In this document: piece after piece, positions 9,087 through 18,808 of the stretch
Layout of the letters: each line of letters starts with the position of its first letter
How positions within the stretch are numbered: position 1 is the stretch's first letter
From: a virus
Virus record (IMG/VR): IMGVR_UViG_3300010883_000007
Span: 32,001-96,000 of that record
Strand: one strand, 5' to 3'
Length of the DNA stretch: 64,000 bases
Translations under genes and position numbers: made by a program
Notes under the pieces: model-generated
Database searches by the model: none
Told to the model about the DNA's origin: nothing
What the model saw: the letters and a program-made list of their open reading frames with translations, nothing else

Positions 9087-12000
9087 AGATAACCACAGCA
9101 TTCTTCTCCCGCTGGGAGATCTCAATTATATTGTCTACAGCATCCTTCACAGCATCAACATGTGATATTACCAGAATGTGCTTAAACCAGCGTCGGAGAG
9201 AATCGAGCAGTCGAGTACACGCCTCAATATTCATCTCATCTAGAGCACCAAATCCCTCGTCGATGATGAGGAGATCTGTCTTGGGGAGGGAGCTAACATT
9301 AATAAGGGCTACACGGATTGCGAGGGATGCCATCATCTTCTCCATACCACTGGCACACTCAATAACTCTGCGTGAGTCGCCGTAATCAATGTAGATATCC
9401 ATGTCGTTCGTTCCGGCTTCAGCCTCAAGTTCCACAGTGAAGCCCACAACGCCTTGGAGAATCTTTGAGATCTCCTTATTAATCGAGGGGAGCTGAGATG
9501 CCATTATCTGAAGGGGAATGCCCTTCTTGGAAACAGCCCCCAGGAGGAGCTCGTACATCTTCCACTGTTCAACCAACTCACTGTATTTCTCCTTGTCCTT
9601 CTTATGGAGGGCCATCTCCGCGTCGAGATGGCCGATGGATTCAGTGAGCTTAATGCGTTGCGCGTCGAAGCCGTTAATCTTGTCGTTGATCGTATCCATT
9701 TCCTGCCGGGCTGCGCTGACCTTTTGGGCCTCAGTGGATGTAGAAACCCGGAGTCGCATGCCTTGGAGTTCTCTATCTGCAGCATCGATCAGATCCTGGA
9801 GAACTTTCTTTCGATTGTTCACCCTCGTCAAGTCAAGTCGCTGGTTGGAGAGTTTCAACACAAGATTGTTCTCACGGGTCAGAATCTTATCGTACCTCTC
9901 GATCTTCTCTGTAAGATTCTCCCTCGTTAAGACCTTCAGCGACTTTCTCGATGCTTTGACCTTGTCCAGCGACTCTGTAACTAAACGATCCTGATTATCT
10001 AGCCGCTTCTTGTTCTCGTGGGATGACTTGATGAACTTACAGGTGGGAAATGTGTCACCACACGGAACTTCTTTAAGCAACTTAATAGATTTCTTCTGGG
10101 TCTTGAGAAGCGTCTTTTCTCTCTCGTGAGTGTGACTCAGTTCTACCAAAACACGCTCGAGATCCTGCTGTGCGTCGCGTCGCTGTCGAAGATCGTCAAT
10201 TGGAAACTGATCCTTCACTGTACCAATCGATTTCAGAGTTGACTCAATTTCCCTAATCTTTCCTAGTGAGGTCTGGGATTTGTCTTCCATCCCGTCCAAC
10301 TGTGTTCTAGAGACTACAAGTCCTGATTCCTTCTGACTCACGTCGTCCTCAGTCACTAAATCTTTGTTAGAATGTGTGGCAAGAGCAACTGTGATCTCCT
10401 GAAGCTGCTTTCGATGACGACTGATATTTTCCTCAATCTCACGACGTTCCTTCGCATTCTTTCGCTTGAGTGTGTGCTTCTCAGCTATAAGTGTATCCCA
10501 GTCTCTATCTGGGACGTTTCCCAGGATACTCTTTAGCTCAGAGGAGTCCTCCTTGGCAAGATTTAGAACATCATCAAATATATTGAGATCGAGAAATTTG
10601 GTGAGAATGGCCTTTCGCTGGGTTGCCTTGTGCCTGATGAAGTTATTCATCTCTCCCTGACTTGCTAGCGATGTCATTAGAAAGTCGTCGGCAGTTCCCA
10701 CAATTTGTCTAAGGGTCTTTTCTGTCTCCCGCCTCTGAGCACCGTTCATGTCGACTATCTGGTTGTCTGCCTCATCGATCTCACTCAAGTTGAGGTGAGT
10801 CACTGCATTCTCGTCTCCTCGGCGGGAGGTCTTTCGAACAGACTGCCTCTCAACGAGGTATCGCTTTCCGTTCGCGGTGAGAAAGACTCTTCCAAGACAG
10901 TATCCCTTTCGCATATTAATAATGTGAAGGTTCTTGACGGGCCCGCGGTCTGTAGTATTGAAGAGGGAATACATCATAGTGCCAGGTATAGATGACTTCC
11001 CAGCACGATTCTTGCCAAAGAGACCGAGAATCCCGCCCAGGGCATCAAAGTTAATGATATTTCCCTTGCCGTACGAGAAAGTATTATCAAACTCCATCCT
11101 CTGTACTGACCACTTGATGTTTCGAACAACATCTGTCTTGGATGCGGGCATCACGTATTTAGCTATCAGCCCTTCCAGTCTTTCCCACTGCTCGTCTGAG
11201 ATATCTATTTCTGAGTAATATTCCCTCATCAGGCGAACATGGGTGTTAACATCTCGGAGATCCTCTGTGAAAAAGTCGCCGGCAGCGGTCTTGATTGTGG
11301 ACACGTCAATAGTATGATCATGCTTAAAGACTATCTCTGTGGCATGCTTCTGATTCTTGAGTGCACTGTGGAGGTGCTTTATCTCTGCCTGGGAGATCTG
11401 ACTGTCTGTGCGAACCCTAAACCTTGATAGATTGGGATGTGCCATGGCGCGCGAGACTGTGTCTTTTACATTTCCCGCCCAATCGATCGTGACAAATGGG
11501 CACGAGTGAGGAATCTCGTAGAAGGTGCTGGTGAATGTATCCTTATCCTCAATCTCCCAGAAGAGAAATCCCTTGCCTGGGTCCTCACCATAATTCTGCT
11601 GAATTGTCGATCCGGGATAGGCCACTCGCTTCTCATCGTCCAGATACTGCAGCTTGTGAATGTCGCCCAGGAAGGCAAAATCAAAGTCATCAAAGAATTC
11701 CAGGTCGACGTCACCCTCAATATCCCAATTAATATCGGTTGTTGATCCCTGAACACCTCCGTGGAAGGTGGCTATATTAATCTCACCTGGGACTGGCTTC
11801 ACGTCTGGCCATGTTTCCTCATCAAAACACGAGAAAACACACCAGTTATAGCCTGGAACACCAGTGGGATAAGCCCCGGAGGTCTTATAGAGGTGGAGAT
11901 TGGGATTATCCAGAGCATTAATAATGGGTGATATCGCATCCTGTCGGTGCTTATTCATTATCAGACCATCGTGGTTTCCCAAGATTATGTGGGTCGGAGC

Positions 12001-12222
12001 AATGTCCGCCATCTCTGAGAACCACCACGAGAGACAGTCTATTACCTCCGGCGAGATACCCTGTGTCTTGGAGTGAACAATGTCCCCTCCCACAAAGATG
12101 GCGTCCAGCTTCAGTTCCCTGAAGGTCTCGAACATCTGGCTGAAAGCCTCACGATACTCATCATGTCTCGTGAGGCCTCTCCAGTGTATATCACTTAAAT
12201 GGGCACACCTAAATGTCACCAT
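9079..12222 (-). CDS. Fused Mre11/SbcD nuclease - Rad50/SbcC ATPase (gp47-gp46 fusion)
   Basis: N-terminal phosphoesterase motifs DIH, GGD, GNHD, HGG, GDIH. Then Walker A GKNRAGKSS, Q-loop, coiled coil with CGDTFPTC, signature ASGMEK, Walker B LLIIDEGFGALD, H-loop ISH. Confidence 0.93.
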   Translation of the reverse strand: MVTFRCAHLSDIHWRGLTRHDEYREAFSQMFETFRELKLDAIFVGGDIVHSKTQGISPEVIDCLSWWFSEMADIAPTHIILGNHDGLIMNKHRQDAISPIINALDNPNLHLYKTSGAYPTGVPGYNWCVFSCFDEETWPDVKPVPGEINIATFHGGVQGSTTDINWDIEGDVDLEFFDDFDFAFLGDIHKLQYLDDEKRVAYPGSTIQQNYGEDPGKGFLFWEIEDKDTFTSTFYEIPHSCPFVTIDWAGNVKDTVSRAMAHPNLSRFRVRTDSQISQAEIKHLHSALKNQKHATEIVFKHDHTIDVSTIKTAAGDFFTEDLRDVNTHVRLMREYYSEIDISDEQWERLEGLIAKYVMPASKTDVVRNIKWSVQRMEFDNTFSYGKGNIINFDALGGILGLFGKNRAGKSSIPGTMMYSLFNTTDRGPVKNLHIINMRKGYCLGRVFLTANGKRYLVERQSVRKTSRRGDENAVTHLNLSEIDEADNQIVDMNGAQRRETEKTLRQIVGTADDFLMTSLASQGEMNNFIRHKATQRKAILTKFLDLNIFDDVLNLAKEDSSELKSILGNVPDRDWDTLIAEKHTLKRKNAKERREIEENISRHRKQLQEITVALATHSNKDLVTEDDVSQKESGLVVSRTQLDGMEDKSQTSLGKIREIESTLKSIGTVKDQFPIDDLRQRRDAQQDLERVLVELSHTHEREKTLLKTQKKSIKLLKEVPCGDTFPTCKFIKSSHENKKRLDNQDRLVTESLDKVKASRKSLKVLTRENLTEKIERYDKILTRENNLVLKLSNQRLDLTRVNNRKKVLQDLIDAADRELQGMRLRVSTSTEAQKVSAARQEMDTINDKINGFDAQRIKLTESIGHLDAEMALHKKDKEKYSELVEQWKMYELLLGAVSKKGIPLQIMASQLPSINKEISKILQGVVGFTVELEAEAGTNDMDIYIDYGDSRRVIECASGMEKMMASLAIRVALINVSSLPKTDLLIIDEGFGALDEMNIEACTRLLDSLRRWFKHILVISHVDAVKDAVDNIIEISQREKNAVVICE

Positions 12223-12227
12223 AACTC

Positions 12228-13196
12228 CTAAATAATTGAACCAGTTTTGATCCCATCAATAATCTCACACAGTCGGTGTGACGACTGCCACAACACTGCT
12301 TCCTGTCTTATCTTACTAAACTGAGCGCGGGAGAGATCCCCCACATCCAGCGCAGGGGGAAGGGCAGCTAGACGAACCCTAATCCCATATGACGATAGGA
12401 CCCGGGCTAAATTGTGGGCCTTAAGTCTCGCATCAGTGTCGAGGGCTAACACAATAGGTGTCTGATTTCTAATAATCTTTCGAAAGAGATTAGAGTCCTC
12501 CGCGAGATACGATCCCAGGAGACACGTCGCGTTGTCGTCACACTTCACCAGGTCGAGTGGTCCCTCGACAACTGTGAGCTCTTTATCCCACCTAATATTG
12601 AGCTCATTGAAGATCACCTGCTTCTTTGGGACCTTCGCATTGAGATACTTCATGTGGGTGGTATCGTCAATTGATCGCGCTGCGTAGTAATTTAGATTCC
12701 CTTCAGCATCGAAAGATGGTATAATAGCTCTGCGCCTGAATCTTCCTTTCGTTGTTGTGCCCACCTTGTAGTACCACAAATCCCGAATGCTCATGCCGCG
12801 GCCGCGGATGTATCGGACTGTTTCCTTCACATCCGGATCTCGGCTGCTCAAGGAGTTGGCTAGAAGCACAAACCCCTGTGGGATCTCAATATCAGGCTCC
12901 TCATCCTCGATGGGGCCCACGGTTGATCGACCTCTGTCGCTCCAACCAAAATCCTTGAGCTCCTCAACATGACTGGGTGCATACTTTCGAAAGAGGCTCG
13001 CAACCTTTCGTCCTTTAAGACCACAGACCCAACAGTGGTAACGACCATCGTCCAGCCTCACCACGAGTTTTCGCTTACTGGAACGTGCATCAGCACAATT
13101 GGGACACTTGACGGCCACATTGACCTGATCCCTGCTGATCTCCACACTACCAAAGGCACGCCGTAAGAGCGCAGCCTTACTCGAAAACAAATTCAT
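12228..13196 (-). CDS. DnaG-like DNA primase
   Basis: Zn finger CPNC...HCWVC; IIPSFD...YYAARSI...KYLN; TOPRIM motifs VEGPLD and LALDTDA. Confidence 0.9.
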   Translation of the reverse strand: MNLFSSKAALLRRAFGSVEISRDQVNVAVKCPNCADARSSKRKLVVRLDDGRYHCWVCGLKGRKVASLFRKYAPSHVEELKDFGWSDRGRSTVGPIEDEEPDIEIPQGFVLLANSLSSRDPDVKETVRYIRGRGMSIRDLWYYKVGTTTKGRFRRRAIIPSFDAEGNLNYYAARSIDDTTHMKYLNAKVPKKQVIFNELNIRWDKELTVVEGPLDLVKCDDNATCLLGSYLAEDSNLFRKIIRNQTPIVLALDTDARLKAHNLARVLSSYGIRVRLAALPPALDVGDLSRAQFSKIRQEAVLWQSSHRLCEIIDGIKTGSII

Positions 13197-13203
13197 CAGT
13201 AGA

Positions 13204-13233
13204 AGTATACTATGTCTATGTATTGTTGTTCAA
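13204..13233 (-). promoter_or_regulatory. Sigma70-type promoter for primase (possibly leaderless transcript)
   Basis: TTGAAC-18 nt-TATACT; ATG follows 7 nt after the -10 box with no SD. Confidence 0.5.
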
Positions 13234-13791
13234 CACGCCTGCAAAAGCCACAACATACGCGTCTGCCATATCATAACACCCGGGCTCCAGAATCTCCTGG
13301 CCTCGTCTAGGGCCGCTCTTAAGCACTTTGAGCGGCCACTGATAATCATCATCGAGACGATTGGAGACCCAGTCCAGGACCTGCTGCTTGGTTGTTTTCC
13401 CACAGACTGCTTCCTTCTGCAGACGGAGACCCACACTCTTTCTTGCAGAGTTCACATTAAGAAACTCAGGTCTTATCTTAAACGTCGATTCGCTCAAGTA
13501 TGAGACCACACCGTTAAATCTGGCCAAGGAAGCTAAGGTCTTGGCAGATGAAAAACCCCTTCGAAAACGCTGTAGATTCTCCTCAACGAACACCCGTTCT
13601 ACAGGATGTTGGCATTGCAACTCCTGGAGTACGTCTAGAACCCGCTGGGCCTTGCTGAAGGTATCTTTCCAACCACTTAGGTGTATACACCCCATTTCAA
13701 CCTTAGATACGCTCTGGTGTTCATCTGTGTATAGAACACACCAGCCAGTCTTAGAGGTAGAAATATCCAGTCCCAAACAGCATAACATCAA
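13216..13791 (-). CDS. RuvC-like Holliday junction resolvase
   Basis: LGLDISTSKTG, VFVEE and DMADA acidic catalytic motifs. Confidence 0.85.
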   Translation of the reverse strand: MMLCCLGLDISTSKTGWCVLYTDEHQSVSKVEMGCIHLSGWKDTFSKAQRVLDVLQELQCQHPVERVFVEENLQRFRRGFSSAKTLASLARFNGVVSYLSESTFKIRPEFLNVNSARKSVGLRLQKEAVCGKTTKQQVLDWVSNRLDDDYQWPLKVLKSGPRRGQEILEPGCYDMADAYVVAFAGVLNNNT

Positions 13792-16700
13792 TAATCGATC
13801 CTCAACCTAAAGAGATAACCATCTGAGTCCCTCTTCACAATGGGTTGGGCCAAGTTGGCCCTCCCTATTATATTAAAACTCTCATCGTGAAGATTTACAC
13901 TTGTAATGTAATTAAATTGGGACGCTGTCTCATTGGCATAGTCTGTGGGCTTAAGCGCTTTAAACGTCGGATTGGAGGAGGAATTGACAGATCCCTTGGG
14001 ACAGGGCACGTTTATCTCCAGAACGTGCACGTTGTGCTCGCCTTCGAAACTGGTCGTCCACTCATCAGCTCCGAAGATGGGGATGTTCGGTGTCTTCACA
14101 ACAACAATACCCTCCTCGTAGATGATATTGCCCACAGCGTTCCACGTGGCGTGCTTCGATAGGGAATCTGCCCGATAGAGGCCTCCGTGTCCGTCATCCC
14201 TGAGGGTCACTGCTAAAACACCCCCAGATCCGGTTACACTAGTGTCAGTTACCTGAAACGATCCGCGCCTAATCTGATTCCCATAAAAGAGGTTCGACAC
14301 ATCAAAGAATGCCACCTGATTTGAGGAGGGATCCTTCGTCCTATTCAGGATCGTCAGGATACCAGAGTTGGCTACCCCCGGATCCTCGGGTGGAGCACCC
14401 TCCAGCGAATTGGAAATGGAAACGTCGGTGTTATCCTTTCCTCCCGTGAATGCGGTCACTGTCCTATACAGGTTTGTGAGGTTGTGAGCTATAGCAGTAT
14501 TCCCTATAGTCCCCACTGCCCGCTGATTGAGGGTTACCACTCCGGCGTAATCATCGGTGTCGGTGGCATCTCTGCTGGCCAGGATTAGTCCTGCGTGTCC
14601 GGTGGATCCGTTGACAGCAGATACAAAATTGTCGTAAACAGTATCAGCATCAGAGCTGTTGGCATTGACTAACACCTTACCCCCCTGGACATCACCGGTG
14701 ACAGACTCGACCTCGTACACGAACCGATAGACCTTCGTCACTCTGTCATATGTGTTTGTCACCGCGTTCTTTCGTAATCCCGTTAGACGTATAGTTGCCT
14801 GATCAGCTGTCTTGGTTGGTGTGTAGATAATCTCTGCAGAGGCAGCCTGAGTTCCTATTCCCTGCCTTCCGCGGTTCTCGCTGGTGATATCGATTAACCC
14901 CTCCGGCAGGGATGCAGTGCTTACCATGTTCGAGAGGTTGATGAGACCGTAGTCAACATTTCCAGCGTCATTGACAAATCGATCGATCAGTGAACCGGAT
15001 ACCGGAACTTCGGCCCGGGTGCCGGACTTGAGAAGACCGAATGATGGACTGAACCTTCCGTTGTCACACGGAAGGACTGTGAGATTTCTCTTTCTCAGGG
15101 AAGCATTTCGGTAGAGCCACAGGTTACACAGCTCAGCCGTGTTGGTGGTCACATCAATTGTCGATCCTGTTAGATTGAAGAGACGGGGATAAAGACCGTT
15201 AACAAACTCTCGGGTGAAGTTTGGAAGGTTCAACATGTGACCGCCGACGCCGAATGACAGGGCAACGTTGAAGGGGTCATCTGTGGTTGATCGAACTGTC
15301 TGGAACGGCGTCTGCATCACCTCCCGCTCCTTGGTCTCCTTCACAAAGAAAGGGGGCACGTAGAAGATCAGGTCAGTCGGAAGGGGATCAGGGCCCGACT
15401 GGGCAGACAGGGCAATCTGTTGCAGAGAGTGGTAGGTATTGAATATCTTGAGATCGTGGATCTCAGCCCTCAACGGGTGCGAGAACCTCACCTTGTGTTC
15501 TGCTATATCATTGTGTGTGGCATCCACATTGGACATGTCGTACGAGTCATTCGTGAACATGCTGGTAACGCCCTCACGGTGGGCAGCATTAGCGTTGAAG
15601 AACTGTGCCACAACTCCCGAGCCATCCAGGGTACCATTGTTGGGACCGTCGTAGAAATTACCCACAAAGACAGCGTCCGGATCACCAATCGGAGGTTCGA
15701 AAGCCTGGGGCATCACTGAAGCTGATGGTATTAAAAATGTCGCATCCTCCTTGCCGTCAATCACGAACGATCCCGTGCCGCTATTGACTGAGGCTCCCCA
15801 CCGAATGGCGACATGATGCCAGTGATTCCTCATGAGCGCGTTGTCCTTCGAGAAGAACACAAGGTCGCTGGGAACTTCCTGGGTGCTACTGCCGAGAGTT
15901 GGAAAGGGCTGGCTCACATTATTAGACGTGACCGCAGTGTTCCTGGGGGATGTCTCAGCGCTGTTGCTTAGCTGCAACATTATCCTGAATCCATCAGTCT
16001 TGCCGTTAATATCCTTCGACGAGCCCGAAATCAGGCTCACTGCGTACGAGGAAGACATGTGAATGATCGTGCCCGGATGATACACTGTTCTTCCAGGCTC
16101 AGTGCCACCGGTAAATGTAGACGGAACGTTAACACTAGTACTTGCGTTCCATGCCGCGGCGTTGTCTAGGGTAATTGCAGTATTACCCGCACTTGTTTTG
16201 ACAGCACCTTGTGTGAGTAAGACTACTCCCGCAGAGGGATTTGTAGCTACTATATCCAGGGATGATTGTGCATTAATCTTTGCAGCAAGATCTGCAGCAG
16301 TTCCCGTACCGCCGCCGCCGGCGGCAGCAATTCCACTTACAGCAATATCTCCGAGTCCCCCAGTGAAAGTTGAGGGGACATTTACACTGCACACGCTGTT
16401 CCAGTGAGCAGCGTCATTTACAGTGATTGTAGTATTACCACTTCTACCAGTAGTTGAACCTTGGGTAATGGTTATTGCAGCAGTAGATGCTGATGCTGTC
16501 ATATCTAGCGCAGACTGAGCATTAATCTTTGCAGCAAGATCTGCAGCGGTTCCTGTGGCGCCGCCACCTGCAGCATAGATTCCGTTGAGTGCAATATTGC
16601 CTGCAGAGACACCGTTGTTCTCGTTATCAACTTCAAACGTAACTGAGGTTCCATCACCATCAATCAAATTGATTGTACTGCCTTCGTTAGGTTTGTCAGT

Positions 16701-17471
16701 TAGCGTAAAGGTGGCTGCTGGTGGTTTAAGACCATTATTCTCGTTGTCTATTTCAAAAGCAACCGAAGTTCCATCGCTGTCTAGCAAGGTGACAGTGGAC
16801 TCTTCAGTAGGCTTATCTGAGAACGTGAATGTTGCGGTAGAAGAGAATTTCGAGTCGTTCGGTTCAGACGAATACTTCGGATTGATATAGAAATCGAACG
16901 TGAACTCCTTGTGGGGTGAGTACATGAAGTTGTCGACCTCATTGGTCTCCCCGGAAGAAGTGGCTGCCGGGTATATCATCACAGATCCCGTGGGAGTTGT
17001 GTCGGACGTGAAGAAGTGCAGGGTGTGGTAGTTGGGATACGCCCACTGCAAGCTTGGGTACGTGCTCCGGTACGTGGGAAAGAGGACCTTCCTCACAACA
17101 TTCTTACGAAGAGTGTTGCTGGTCAACTTGAAGGAGGGCTCGAATCGAATGACTTCCACCTTCTTCTGGCGTGCGGGTGAGGCGGAGGAGGAGTTGACTG
17201 TCTCTAGATACTGACTTAGATTACCAGAAATATCAGATGAGCCTCGGGAATCCCTTACTGTCTGGACCCTCAGTTCCTCAATATCAGCTGTTCCCCAGCT
17301 ATCACCACCGTAGTCCTCGAGGGGTTGTGCCTCCTTCTCAATAGTCGAGGCACGAGAGAAGACTTTAACTGACCCTGTCAGTCCTGAGGAAGATGATGTG
17401 AATGTCCGGCGGGGGTTGGTTGTGAGAGTAAATCGTTCAAGATTCTCTATTGGTATTGGTATAATTGCCAT
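13788..17471 (-). CDS. Large tail/baseplate protein with LamG-like domain, three inserted FTGG modules and C-terminal tail-collar-like segment
   Basis: LamG-like WHHVAIRW...FVIDG...IHDLKIFN; C-terminal ITSVNLHDESFNIIGRANLAQPIVK...FRLRIDY shared with 17510-18790. Confidence 0.7.
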   Translation of the reverse strand: MAIIPIPIENLERFTLTTNPRRTFTSSSSGLTGSVKVFSRASTIEKEAQPLEDYGGDSWGTADIEELRVQTVRDSRGSSDISGNLSQYLETVNSSSASPARQKKVEVIRFEPSFKLTSNTLRKNVVRKVLFPTYRSTYPSLQWAYPNYHTLHFFTSDTTPTGSVMIYPAATSSGETNEVDNFMYSPHKEFTFDFYINPKYSSEPNDSKFSSTATFTFSDKPTEESTVTLLDSDGTSVAFEIDNENNGLKPPAATFTLTDKPNEGSTINLIDGDGTSVTFEVDNENNGVSAGNIALNGIYAAGGGATGTAADLAAKINAQSALDMTASASTAAITITQGSTTGRSGNTTITVNDAAHWNSVCSVNVPSTFTGGLGDIAVSGIAAAGGGGTGTAADLAAKINAQSSLDIVATNPSAGVVLLTQGAVKTSAGNTAITLDNAAAWNASTSVNVPSTFTGGTEPGRTVYHPGTIIHMSSSYAVSLISGSSKDINGKTDGFRIMLQLSNSAETSPRNTAVTSNNVSQPFPTLGSSTQEVPSDLVFFSKDNALMRNHWHHVAIRWGASVNSGTGSFVIDGKEDATFLIPSASVMPQAFEPPIGDPDAVFVGNFYDGPNNGTLDGSGVVAQFFNANAAHREGVTSMFTNDSYDMSNVDATHNDIAEHKVRFSHPLRAEIHDLKIFNTYHSLQQIALSAQSGPDPLPTDLIFYVPPFFVKETKEREVMQTPFQTVRSTTDDPFNVALSFGVGGHMLNLPNFTREFVNGLYPRLFNLTGSTIDVTTNTAELCNLWLYRNASLRKRNLTVLPCDNGRFSPSFGLLKSGTRAEVPVSGSLIDRFVNDAGNVDYGLINLSNMVSTASLPEGLIDITSENRGRQGIGTQAASAEIIYTPTKTADQATIRLTGLRKNAVTNTYDRVTKVYRFVYEVESVTGDVQGGKVLVNANSSDADTVYDNFVSAVNGSTGHAGLILASRDATDTDDYAGVVTLNQRAVGTIGNTAIAHNLTNLYRTVTAFTGGKDNTDVSISNSLEGAPPEDPGVANSGILTILNRTKDPSSNQVAFFDVSNLFYGNQIRRGSFQVTDTSVTGSGGVLAVTLRDDGHGGLYRADSLSKHATWNAVGNIIYEEGIVVVKTPNIPIFGADEWTTSFEGEHNVHVLEINVPCPKGSVNSSSNPTFKALKPTDYANETASQFNYITSVNLHDESFNIIGRANLAQPIVKRDSDGYLFRLRIDY
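16104..16842 (-). repeat. Nested duplicated module (one copy inserted inside another)
   Basis: Protein order is A1-A2-B2-B1; 29-bp exact DNA repeat at 16270-16298 and 16519-16547. Confidence 0.85.
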
Positions 17472-17509
17472 TTAACGCCGTCATCTTGAAACTTCGGTTA
17501 ACCGATTCA

Positions 17510-18790
17510 CTAAAAGTCCAAACGAACCCGGAAGGTGAGATCCCGCTCATCGTTCTTCTCAATAGGTCTAGAGAGTTTTGCAACTGCCAGTAAATTGCCG
17601 AACTCATCATGGAGGCCAATCGTTGTTGGGAAGGAGAACGATCTCTGTGTGTCCTGTCCCTGGTCGATCACTCGAACGCGACCGGATGAATTTGTGTACG
17701 TTGGGTTCGTAGAGAAGTTGAACTCATCTGCGGTCGCCCTGCAGAAGACCAGCGTTGAATTAATCATTGTGATATTCTGGAAGGTCATCGCTGTCAGGGT
17801 TCCCGAGGAGAATCGGGTGGTTGAGAGGTGGTTGATAATATCATCGATTGACGCTGACACAACAAAATCTGGGATGTACTTCGCATTAGGATTACCCGAG
17901 AAGATTGACTTTGTAGCGTCAGCAACATTCTCAAAGCCGTGGCCTATTACCATCGTTCCGGTGGCTAGAAGTCCGTCAGGTGAATACTGATTCATTGCCT
18001 TAATGACTCCGGAGACGTGCTGGGTACCCGATATCACCTTTGCGAGGTCGAGAAGCACTGTTCCATGATCGTAAAAGATCAGGCCGACTCGTCGGGCTGT
18101 GTTGGATGCGGCGACAATGTTCGCGACGTCGCCGCCGAATACTCGTCGAGTGTTGGTTGCAGCTCCAATGTCTGTAAAGATCACTGACCCCGACTCGCTG
18201 GTGATGTTCAGTGTAGGCCGAGGTGGGTGGTTGCCCGTCTCAGTGGCAGTCATCGTTCCTGTCTGATAGAAACGCATCGCAAAGGTCTCTTTCTTGATCT
18301 TGTCCCTTGCAAATAGGCGTTTGAAGGAGACAAACATGGCCTCGTCGATCCGATCACCCACGTCTGTGGACCCAACTGGCGAATAGAAGGCTGAATCTCC
18401 ATTACCCAAGAGTGCCTGAGCGTACTGCTTGTATATATCCACCTTCTCTCTCATCATTACTGAGCTCGATGCGAACAGAAGTTTTCCTGCGGAGTCTTGC
18501 CCTGTGGAAGCATTAGTTACTGTTGTTCCGGATGCATGGAGCCCCACAGTCAGGTCGAAGATTGGGTTGGCAGTTTGTAGCGAGAAGTCCTGATCATTTA
18601 CTGTCTGGAACAGCGAAGAGGTTACTCCTGGGCCCACGCCTCCTGTAACAAAGACTTGGTACGCGCGGCGCGTCTGTGATCCAGATATGTCCTCTTGAAT
18701 AATATCGACAAGCTGATTCAGCGTTGAGCGTCGGACCTTGATGTCCTCAGGTTGTATTCTCTTAAAGCTTCCACCTGTTAATTGTGGCAT
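17510..18790 (-). CDS. Tail/baseplate structural protein
   Basis: C-terminal CRATADEFNFSTNPTY...TTIGLHDEFGNLLAVAKLSRPIEK...FRVRLDF resembles the C-half of the P2 gpH N-terminal (DUF3751-like) domain. Confidence 0.7.
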   Translation of the reverse strand: MPQLTGGSFKRIQPEDIKVRRSTLNQLVDIIQEDISGSQTRRAYQVFVTGGVGPGVTSSLFQTVNDQDFSLQTANPIFDLTVGLHASGTTVTNASTGQDSAGKLLFASSSVMMREKVDIYKQYAQALLGNGDSAFYSPVGSTDVGDRIDEAMFVSFKRLFARDKIKKETFAMRFYQTGTMTATETGNHPPRPTLNITSESGSVIFTDIGAATNTRRVFGGDVANIVAASNTARRVGLIFYDHGTVLLDLAKVISGTQHVSGVIKAMNQYSPDGLLATGTMVIGHGFENVADATKSIFSGNPNAKYIPDFVVSASIDDIINHLSTTRFSSGTLTAMTFQNITMINSTLVFCRATADEFNFSTNPTYTNSSGRVRVIDQGQDTQRSFSFPTTIGLHDEFGNLLAVAKLSRPIEKNDERDLTFRVRLDF

Positions 18791-18808
18791 TGTTTATCTT
18801 ACCTCTAC

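Noticed and set aside
17494-17505. 12-bp palindrome TCGGTTAACCGA in a short intergenic gap
   Set aside because: Single occurrence with no U-tract or promoter context; several such palindromes are expected by chance in 64 kb.
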